From Acidobacteriota bacterium (GTDB lineage Bacteria; Acidobacteriota; Thermoanaerobaculia; Gp7-AA8): a stretch of 64,000 nucleotides of DNA. The translations under genes and the position numbers were made by a program. Under the pieces are notes generated by a model. It saw nothing but the letters and a program-made list of their open reading frames with translations, was not told the DNA's origin and searched no databases. Below are positions 19,030 to 26,583 of this stretch, one piece after another (the stretch's first letter is position 1; the number at the start of each line of letters is the position of its first letter). Location: the NCBI GenBank assembly GCA_019244185.1, contig JAFATB010000023.1, positions 192,001 to 256,000 of the forward strand, read 5' to 3'.

Positions 19030-21237
19030 TCAGTGCGATCCGATGGTGCCGACGTTCTTGAGGGTGATCGCGATGCCGTAGCTCGACAGCGAATCCTCGG
19101 TCGTTCCGAACACGAGATACCGGCGGTATTCGAGCGCGACACCATAGCACGAGCCCGTCCACCCGGCGAGGTAGCGCTGCTCGAGGAACTTCCCTTCCTT
19201 CGCGTCGAAGTTCAGCTGGATATCCGCGCGGAAGCGGTCCTTGATGAGCGACGAGCCGGTGTTGAGCCGGATCTGGCTCGCGCCGTCCGTCGTGATGCCC
19301 GGCTGATGGAACGACGCAAAGTACGTGGCGCCGAGATACTTGTCGCTGTTCGCGCCCGTGCCGATGAGATTCGCCGAGAAGCTCACCGAGTCCGTCTGAT
19401 GCGAGACGTTGCCGAACGTCGCGTTCGCGTCGACGGTGATCGACTGATACGGGTTCACGCGCAGCGTCGCCGTCAACGGCGTGAACTTCTGCTCGCCGGT
19501 GGTGATCGTCGAAGACGAGGTCGCGGACGTGAACGGCTCGGAGAGCGCGACGCTCTGCCGCAGCGAGAACGACATCACCTCGCGCGCGTTGCCGTTCGGC
19601 CCCGTTTCCTTCCCGATCAGGCGCTGCGTCAGCGAGTACTCGACCGAGTTGCGCACGATCGGGAGGAACGGCGAGTCGACGGTGTCGAAGCGGATGATGC
19701 GTTCCTGGTTCGCGACGTTCGACGTGTAGACGTAGCGGAAGCGCGGCTCGATGACGTGCTTGAACTTCGAGAAGCCGCCGAGCGAGCGGTTGAAGACGCG
19801 CGAGAACGACGGGCCGACCACTTCGACCTGCCCCTGCGCGTAGAAGCGGTCGAGCGATTTGTCGTCCGCGACGCTCTGCGTGGTCTCGTCGAGGCTCGCC
19901 GAGTAGAACGTGTCGCGCACGGAGATCTGCGGCTTCACGGAGAGCCACGCCGGCGTGCGTACCTGCATCGACACGGTGGGGAAGACGTCGGTGCGCAGAT
20001 AGTCGGCGACGATGGTCTCGACGCCGGTGCTGCTCACGCCGCCCGACCGCAGGCGCGACGACGACGATTCCATCGAGAAGTAGAACGGTGTCGGCCCGAT
20101 GCGCTGCGGATACATGCGCAACTGCAGCGACGGCAACTGCTCGAAACGCTGGCGCGTGCCGAGGAAGACGAGGTCGCGGCGGTCGGCGAGGATGTTCAGC
20201 GAATACTTCGGACGGTTGCGCGTGAGGTACGCGGACGAATAGATGTTCGACAGCGTCTGCAGGCGCGAGTCGTCGTCGTACTGGCGGAAGAAGTCGAGGT
20301 CGGAGTAGTCCTGAATGTCGATGACGCCGCGGAAGCCGCCGGGCAGGTTGTCCTGCGCGTGCTGATACTGGTACTTCCACTCGACGCGTCCGGAGACGGG
20401 GTTGTTGACCGCGTGCGCGCGCAGGTCGCCGATCTTCACGTTGTCGGACGGCACGTAGCGGATGTCGACGCCCGCGCCGAAGTACCGCTGCGTCGAGACG
20501 TCGCCGTAGATCGTGGCATCGATGGAGTCGCCGAACGGCAGAAAGTACGCGTTCTCCAGCCGCGCCCCGAACTTGTTCGTGAAGCGCACGCGCGGGATGA
20601 GCAGCCCCTGCGAGCGATCGCGTTTCGTCGGCCAGATCAGACGCGGCGCCCAGAACACCGGCAGGCCGCGCGCGCGGAACGAGATGTTGCGCATGTACGC
20701 GTAGTCGTCGAGCGTGACGTCGGCCTCGCCGACGTGGAACGACCACGCCGGACGATCGAGATCGCACGACGTGAAGACGCCGTTGGTCATGTGGTACGTG
20801 TCTTCATCGACCTTCTCGATCTTGTCGCCGGAGAAATACATGGCCGGCTCCATCGTCGCCGTGGCGACGAAGAACGTGCCGGTCTTCGTGTCGAGGTTGT
20901 AGACGGCGTGGTTCGCGGTGAGGCGCGTGGGACCCTGATCGATGATGACGTGGCCTTCGGCGACGACGTCGTTCGTGCGCAGGTTCACCGACACCTTGTC
21001 CGCCTGCACCTTGATGTCCTGATAGTCGACGTGCACGTCGCGCTCGAGGAGGACGTATTCGCCTTTCTCGTATTCGACCGTGCCGTTCTCGGCGACCGTC
21101 CACTTCACTTCGCCGCCGCCCGGCTTCGGTCCCGGAATGAACTGGAACTTCGGCGTCTGGATCTTGGTCTTGGTGGCGGAAGTGGTCTGTGCGAGCGCGG
21201 AACCGGCGAGCAGGAGACAGAGGAACAGGCGGCGCAT
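19030..21237 (-). CDS. lptD: LPS-assembly outer-membrane protein LptD
   Basis: Signal peptide, OstA-like N-terminal domain (AEGHV), FTSCD..PAW, RSQGLLIP, KHVIEP and a beta-barrel C-terminus. Confidence 0.88.
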   Translation of the reverse strand: MRRLFLCLLLAGSALAQTTSATKTKIQTPKFQFIPGPKPGGGEVKWTVAENGTVEYEKGEYVLLERDVHVDYQDIKVQADKVSVNLRTNDVVAEGHVIIDQGPTRLTANHAVYNLDTKTGTFFVATATMEPAMYFSGDKIEKVDEDTYHMTNGVFTSCDLDRPAWSFHVGEADVTLDDYAYMRNISFRARGLPVFWAPRLIWPTKRDRSQGLLIPRVRFTNKFGARLENAYFLPFGDSIDATIYGDVSTQRYFGAGVDIRYVPSDNVKIGDLRAHAVNNPVSGRVEWKYQYQHAQDNLPGGFRGVIDIQDYSDLDFFRQYDDDSRLQTLSNIYSSAYLTRNRPKYSLNILADRRDLVFLGTRQRFEQLPSLQLRMYPQRIGPTPFYFSMESSSSRLRSGGVSSTGVETIVADYLRTDVFPTVSMQVRTPAWLSVKPQISVRDTFYSASLDETTQSVADDKSLDRFYAQGQVEVVGPSFSRVFNRSLGGFSKFKHVIEPRFRYVYTSNVANQERIIRFDTVDSPFLPIVRNSVEYSLTQRLIGKETGPNGNAREVMSFSLRQSVALSEPFTSATSSSTITTGEQKFTPLTATLRVNPYQSITVDANATFGNVSHQTDSVSFSANLIGTGANSDKYLGATYFASFHQPGITTDGASQIRLNTGSSLIKDRFRADIQLNFDAKEGKFLEQRYLAGWTGSCYGVALEYRRYLVFGTTEDSLSSYGIAITLKNVGTIGSH

Positions 21238-21254
21238 CGTCCCCGGCATTCTAA

Positions 21255-21416
21255 GGAACCTCCGCGGAAGTCGGAAGCGTGGCGTCAGAGGCGGCGCCGC
21301 GCCGTCTGCCGCGCCGTCGCTCCTCAGCGATGTCCCGCATCGCCTGCGTCGCGACGGCGCGCAGCCGGCACGGCGGCGCCTCTGACGCCATCGCTTCCGG
21401 CTTCCGCGGAGGTTCC
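21255..21416. mobile_element. MITE-like non-autonomous element (~162 bp) with IS5-like ends
   Basis: Perfect 16-bp terminal inverted repeats GGAACCTCCGCGGAAG/CTTCCGCGGAGGTTCC extend imperfectly over ~66 bp. TAA is duplicated on both flanks (21252-21254 and 21417-21419). Central hairpin GCGATG-tcccg-CATCGC. Confidence 0.75.
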
Positions 21417-22285
21417 TAACGCGCCGCGTCCGCTGCCGCCGCGCGCATCGCGCGGTCGATCCGGGCCATCTCCTGCAGTTCCATCCGCAGCTTGATGACC
21501 TCGAGCTGATACAGCCGCGCGACGTCTTCGGCGCGTCCGCGCTGCTGCCGCTTCCGCAGCGCGACGCGGTTGGCGATGCGCACGAACTCGCGATGCGCGC
21601 CGGCGTCGTGCCATCCCGCGCGCCCGAGTCGCCGCAGCGGATGCGCGGTCGCGCGAACGTCTTCCTCGTCGATGACATTCAACGCCGCTTCCTCGGTCAG
21701 CTCCGCGCGCACCGCCGGCCACTGCTTGAACACGACCGCGACGACGAGCAGCGGCAGCAGCGCGGCGACGGAGTAGGCGAGCGTGCGTTCGCCGGTGCGC
21801 GCGCGGAGGAGCGATGGCAGCCACGCCGCGCCGATCGCGGCGATCGCGGTCACGGCGTCGATCGCGGCCTGGCGCAGCTTGTCGCGCACGTGCGTGAGTC
21901 CGAACGTGATGCCGTAGCCGGCGACCGCGCCGGCGGCGACGCATTCGGCGAAACGCAGCAGCTCGTCCTCGCCGCGAAAGACGAATGTCGCCGCCGCGGC
22001 CGCGCCCATCATCGCGCCCAGGGTCATGCCGTCGGCCGGCTCGCTCTCGCGTCCGGTGAGACGCACGTACAGCGCGGCAACCGTGAGGATGATGCCCGCG
22101 AGGATCGGATGCCACGCCGCTTCGCCGGCAGCGAGGCGGATGAGGATGCCGGCCACGATGCCCGCCACGACCGGCACGCGCGCCTCGCCGGCCAGCGTGC
22201 TGTCGAGCGTCTTGAAGTACGACGCGGCGGCCATCGCGGCGAAGAAGGAGACGATCAGGATGATGGCGAGAACCGGGTCGGTCAT
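21416..22285 (-). CDS. Hypothetical multi-pass membrane protein with soluble helical C-terminus
   Basis: About 7 hydrophobic segments, host-like codon usage, lies between ribF and lptD. Confidence 0.75.
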   Translation of the reverse strand: MTDPVLAIILIVSFFAAMAAASYFKTLDSTLAGEARVPVVAGIVAGILIRLAAGEAAWHPILAGIILTVAALYVRLTGRESEPADGMTLGAMMGAAAAATFVFRGEDELLRFAECVAAGAVAGYGITFGLTHVRDKLRQAAIDAVTAIAAIGAAWLPSLLRARTGERTLAYSVAALLPLLVVAVVFKQWPAVRAELTEEAALNVIDEEDVRATAHPLRRLGRAGWHDAGAHREFVRIANRVALRKRQQRGRAEDVARLYQLEVIKLRMELQEMARIDRAMRAAAADAAR

Positions 22286-22323
22286 GCGGGCCGGGAAATG
22301 CTACGACAGGTCGGCGTTGCGGC

Positions 22324-23301
22324 TCATGACAGATCGTCGTCGAACGTGCGGTCGCTCATCGGAATCGGATGCTGCAGAAACCAGCGCCGCGAGCGCTCGA
22401 TGTCGTTGCGGATCTGGTTCGTCAGCTCGAGCGCGGAGCGGAACTGCTGCTCGCGCCGCAGCAGCTTGTGAAACGAGAGCCGCACGGTGTCGCCGTAGAC
22501 GTTGGAATCGAAGTCGAGGATGTGGCTCTCGATCGTGGTCGCGTAGTTCTCGTACAGCGTCGGCCGCACGCCGATGTTGGTCACGCCTTCGAACGAGCGC
22601 GAGAAGCTCTCGAAGCGGCACGTGGTGATGTAGACGCCGCCGCCGGGAAAGAGATCGTTCGCGGGATCGACGTTGACGGTCGGGAAGCCCATCTTGCGCC
22701 CGAGGCGGCGGCCGGTCGCGACGCGCCCGTCGATGAAGTACGTGCGGCCGAGGGCGAGCGTCACGACGTGCATCGCGCCTTTGGCGATGGCGTCGCGCAC
22801 GATCGAGCTCGAGACGCGCATGCCGCGCAGCTTCACGTCGTCGATGCCGTGCACGTCGAAGCCGAAGCGCGCGCCGGCGGCGGTGAGCTTGGCGAGATTC
22901 CCCTCGCGTCCCGCGCCGAAACAGAAGTCGCGGCCGATGCGCACTTCGGCGACGCGCAGCGCGTTGACGAGGAACTCTTCGATGAAACGGTCGGCAGTCC
23001 AGCGCGAGAACTCGTGCGAGAAGGGGACGATCAGCAGCGCGTCGACGCCCATCGCGCGCAGCAGCTCTTCCTTCTGCGCGAGCGTGAGAATCTGTTTCGG
23101 CACGCGGTCCGGCGCGACGATCGACAGCGGATGCGGATGAAAGGTGATGACCGCCGACGGACGCCCGAGCTCGCGCGCGCGCGCCACGACGCCCGCGACG
23201 ATCTTCTGATGTCCCACGTGCATCCCGTCGAAGTTGCCGATCGTAGCGACGCAGCCGCGCGGCAGATCGGTCTGACGGAGTGGGTCCTGGATGACGAGCA
23301 T
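22324..23301 (-). CDS. ribF: Bifunctional riboflavin kinase/FAD synthetase
   Basis: Motifs TIGNFDGMHVGH, TFHPHP, GRDFCFG, VSSSIVR, GRKMGFPTVN, NIGVRPT and ESHILDF. Confidence 0.96.
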   Translation of the reverse strand: MLVIQDPLRQTDLPRGCVATIGNFDGMHVGHQKIVAGVVARARELGRPSAVITFHPHPLSIVAPDRVPKQILTLAQKEELLRAMGVDALLIVPFSHEFSRWTADRFIEEFLVNALRVAEVRIGRDFCFGAGREGNLAKLTAAGARFGFDVHGIDDVKLRGMRVSSSIVRDAIAKGAMHVVTLALGRTYFIDGRVATGRRLGRKMGFPTVNVDPANDLFPGGGVYITTCRFESFSRSFEGVTNIGVRPTLYENYATTIESHILDFDSNVYGDTVRLSFHKLLRREQQFRSALELTNQIRNDIERSRRWFLQHPIPMSDRTFDDDLS

Positions 23302-23425
23302 GTGCGGCCGCGCGGAGTGTAGCAAAGGCCCGTCTTATGGCTGGGCATGCCAAGCCCAGATTCGCTATGTTAGGCTGCGGAAGTCCACAATTCATTACAG
23401 CGGTGATTCCTCCTTGGAGGCGAAG

Positions 23426-25396
23426 ATGGAGAAGCCTTCGATGTTCATCGGCTCGTCCCGCGAAGCGTTGCCGATTGCTGAGGCGTTTCGCAACGGACTG
23501 AAGGACCACGTTCAGGTCACGCTCTGGAGCGATCTAGGAGTGTTTCCTCCTGGATTTTTCCCGCTCGAGTCACTCGAGGCGGCGGTCAATGACTTTCCGC
23601 ACGCGCTCATCGTCTTCAAGCCCGAGGACTTGACCACGAAGCGCGAGATCACAAAGTTCACCGCGCGCGACAATGCCGTTTTCGAACTGGGGCTCTTCGT
23701 CGGCCGCCATGGCCGCCGCTCCGCGTTCGTTGCCGTTCCACAGACCGCGGAGATGCATTTCCCGTCCGATCTGCTCGGCCTTGAACCGGTGCGGTACCGC
23801 GCGGTCGACAAGGACGATAAGGTCGAGTCGTACGACGTGAAAGAGGCCTGCGACGCGATTCTCAAAGCGTTGCGTGCGATTCCGCCGAAGCCGCGCACGC
23901 ACCCGCAACCGTCGCCGTTCTGGGACGTCCTGTCCAATCAGATCGTGATCCTCTATGGCGTGGAACACGAGATCAATGTGCATCCACATCCGCGCCACCG
24001 CATCTCTCTTCGCGACCTCGGCACGTCACTCGAGATCCGCGACTTTCTCCAGCGTCAGTACCCGCACAAGATGGTTCGGCTTCTGCCGGCGTCCCAACCA
24101 GGGCTGCCGCAGCAGATGCACGGCGCCGACTTGATTATCGTCGGCGGCTTCGTGACGAATGCCGAATTTGCGAAGCACCGCCACCGATACGAACACTACT
24201 TCCGTCTGAAGATGGGACGGCTGTGCGTTGTCGAAGGGCAACGTATCCATGTACCGGAGTTTCGGCCGCCGGACGGCAGCACGCCGCCGGACGTCCGCGA
24301 TCCGCAGGGAGTGGAGGACTTTCCGACGGAGTGGACGGCACAGGATTTCGGACTCGTCTTCAACGGTCCCCTCCATATGTACGGTCAGAACCGCCGCGTC
24401 GTCGCGATCGCGGGCGTGAAGGGACACGGCACGCACGGCTCGGCGACGTATCTCATCGGCGATTCACCGGCGGTCGACACACAACTGCGCGAGCGGCCAC
24501 TCGAATCGAGAGATACGCTGGAGATCGTCGTCGGCGTGGACGTCGTCAACGACGCGGTCAACCGCTCCGAGGCGCTGACGGTCCGATTCAACGGCGAGTG
24601 CGTCTTCGATGCGCCGAGGTCGCCGTCGCGGCCGTGCGAGTTGAACCGGCCGTGCGACGGCTGCGACTTCGGCGTGAAGCCGGTGGTGCATCCGCGCCTG
24701 CCGTCGAAGATGCTGACGTCGCAAATCCGCGCGATCGTATTTGATCTGGACGACACGCTGATCGATACGTTCGGAACGTTGATCATGCCGCTCGAAATGC
24801 AGGCAGCGCGGCTAATGATCGCCGCGCCAGGCGCACCGATGACGGATGAGAACGCGCTCGCGGCGGCGTTACTGCGTAGCCGTCGCGTGGCGCCGCAGAC
24901 CCTCGAGGCAGATTTGAGGAAGCGCGGATTTCCGCGCGACGTCCTGCAACTTCGCCACGATCTTCTGGAGAAAGTGTCGCTCGAGAACCTCGTGGTGTCG
25001 CCGGAGGTGCGGCAGTTACTCAAGGAACTGGAAGCGCGCTTCGAACTGTACTTGTTGACGGCAGGCAAGCGAGAGTTCCAGCGTGCGAAGATCAAAAAAC
25101 TCGCCATTCGCAGCCACTTCGCGGGCGTGAACATCGTCTCGAACTCTTCCTCCGATGCGAAGAAAGGAATGATCGAACGTCTCGCCGCGCGCCGCGACTA
25201 TAAGAGCGAAAACGTACTGATCGTCGGGAATCGGCTGGACAGCGAGATCGCCGCGGGCAATCGGCTGAATATGCCGACGGTTTGGATTCGTCACGGTGAA
25301 GGCGCCGATCTCAAACCGGGTCCGCATACGGGCATGCCTGATCACGAGATTCGGAGCGTGCTCGATCTTCGTAAGGTTCTGTGGCCGTGGTCGTGA
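23426..25396 (+). CDS. Fusion protein: CAP12/Pycsar-type TIR domain, unassigned middle domain, Cys cluster and HAD-superfamily hydrolase
   Basis: N-terminal MFIGSSREAL...ARDNAVFELGLFVGRHG; middle DLIIVGGFVTN...DFGLV...AGVKGHGT; CELNRPCDGC; C-terminal FDLDDTLIDT, LLTAG and GNRLDSEI. GGAGG precedes ATG 23426. Codon usage is atypical for the window. Confidence 0.85.
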   Translation: MEKPSMFIGSSREALPIAEAFRNGLKDHVQVTLWSDLGVFPPGFFPLESLEAAVNDFPHALIVFKPEDLTTKREITKFTARDNAVFELGLFVGRHGRRSAFVAVPQTAEMHFPSDLLGLEPVRYRAVDKDDKVESYDVKEACDAILKALRAIPPKPRTHPQPSPFWDVLSNQIVILYGVEHEINVHPHPRHRISLRDLGTSLEIRDFLQRQYPHKMVRLLPASQPGLPQQMHGADLIIVGGFVTNAEFAKHRHRYEHYFRLKMGRLCVVEGQRIHVPEFRPPDGSTPPDVRDPQGVEDFPTEWTAQDFGLVFNGPLHMYGQNRRVVAIAGVKGHGTHGSATYLIGDSPAVDTQLRERPLESRDTLEIVVGVDVVNDAVNRSEALTVRFNGECVFDAPRSPSRPCELNRPCDGCDFGVKPVVHPRLPSKMLTSQIRAIVFDLDDTLIDTFGTLIMPLEMQAARLMIAAPGAPMTDENALAAALLRSRRVAPQTLEADLRKRGFPRDVLQLRHDLLEKVSLENLVVSPEVRQLLKELEARFELYLLTAGKREFQRAKIKKLAIRSHFAGVNIVSNSSSDAKKGMIERLAARRDYKSENVLIVGNRLDSEIAAGNRLNMPTVWIRHGEGADLKPGPHTGMPDHEIRSVLDLRKVLWPWS

Positions 25397-25459
25397 CCTG
25401 GGCATCCATGGGCCGCGCGGAAGTCATGTCCTAACGAAGAACTCGTGCCCGGTCGGCGT

Positions 25460-26005
25460 TCACGCTCTTTCACGCTCAACCCGCAGCAAACAGCGCGTGG
25501 CGCCGCGGTGCATGCAGTGCGGCTCGCGGATGGCGATCGCTTCGCCGAAATGCCGCGAGAGGCCGCGGATGATGCCTTTCGCGACGAAGCAGAGGCGGCG
25601 TTCGGACGTGTAGCGGATCGTGATTTCGGTCTCGCTCTCACGCGTCGCCTCGAGGTACGGCGGCGTCGCGCCCGGCTGCTCGACGCGCACGGCGCGGTGC
25701 GCAGTCTCTTCCACGTGTTCGAGCACGTCGAGCGTGCGCCACGCCGGCTTCAGCAGATGGCGGTACATGGCGATGAGGTGCGGCGCGACGAACTCGCCGA
25801 ACGACTCGAGCAGCGCCGGCACTTCCTGCTGCGTCGCGTGCGCGGCCGCGACGACGATCGCCGTCAGTTCCTCATCCGGATACGACGTAATCGGCAGATA
25901 GACGTGCGAGCCGAGCCCCGCCGCCGCGAGGACTTCCGTCCACGCCGCCGCGCCGTACCGCTCCTCGGTGAACTTGCGGAGATGAACGAACATCGTGCCG
26001 TGCAT
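25460..26005 (-). CDS. H-NOX (heme NO/O2-binding, HNOB) domain protein
   Basis: MHG start, YPDEE, FGEF, proximal His (ETAH), PP, YTSER (YxSxR heme motif) and C-terminal Cys residues. Confidence 0.88.
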   Translation of the reverse strand: MHGTMFVHLRKFTEERYGAAAWTEVLAAAGLGSHVYLPITSYPDEELTAIVVAAAHATQQEVPALLESFGEFVAPHLIAMYRHLLKPAWRTLDVLEHVEETAHRAVRVEQPGATPPYLEATRESETEITIRYTSERRLCFVAKGIIRGLSRHFGEAIAIREPHCMHRGATRCLLRVERERA

Positions 26006-26046
26006 GCTCCATGAGAGTGGAGACGCGGGCGAACGGTGACAGCGCG

Positions 26047-26583
26047 CTACTTCGCGGTGAGCTCGTAGTCGAGCGTGCGGTCGAACGTGTCGAAGATCGC
26101 CGCGTCGCTCGCCTCCGGCTCGATCACGGAAATGTGCACGTCGACCCAGCGGTCGTGAAACGCGAAGTAGTAGTTCGCATTGTGCTGGTGCACGGTCTGC
26201 CCCTGGAACTTCGTGACGAGGTCGTACGTGACCTTCACGTACTTTGACGTGTCCGAGACCTTGACCGTCGGCTGCGCGATCATCGGATTGCGCGACGCCT
26301 GCGGCCAGTAGAAGTCGTAGACCTCGCGATTCGTGCGGCCGTTGCCCGACGGCGGCTCGACATAAAACGAGACATTGAAGCGCCCCGAGTTGGCGAGGAA
26401 CGCGTAGGCGCCGTCGTCGCGATGCGAGTCCTTTTTCTTCAGCAGCGGTGGCGCGTCGAACGAGATCGCCCACCCCTCCTTCGGGATCGGAATGCTGACG
26501 GGATCGGCGAGCGCTCCCGACGCGACGAAGAGAACGGCGGCGGCGAGCAACGCGAGTTTCGCGGGTTTCATCGGATTGTTCAT
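26047..26583 (-). CDS. Hypothetical secreted protein
   Basis: Signal peptide MKPAKLALLAAAVLFVASGALA and a beta-rich mature part. Start overlaps the upstream stop. Confidence 0.75.
   Translation of the reverse strand: MNNPMKPAKLALLAAAVLFVASGALADPVSIPIPKEGWAISFDAPPLLKKKDSHRDDGAYAFLANSGRFNVSFYVEPPSGNGRTNREVYDFYWPQASRNPMIAQPTVKVSDTSKYVKVTYDLVTKFQGQTVHQHNANYYFAFHDRWVDVHISVIEPEASDAAIFDTFDRTLDYELTAK

Noticed and set aside
15845-21495. Antisense ORFs of 779 aa and 820 aa opposite the sulfatase and lptD genes
   Set aside because: Mirror-frame openness is expected from G/C-ending codon bias; no recognisable domains.
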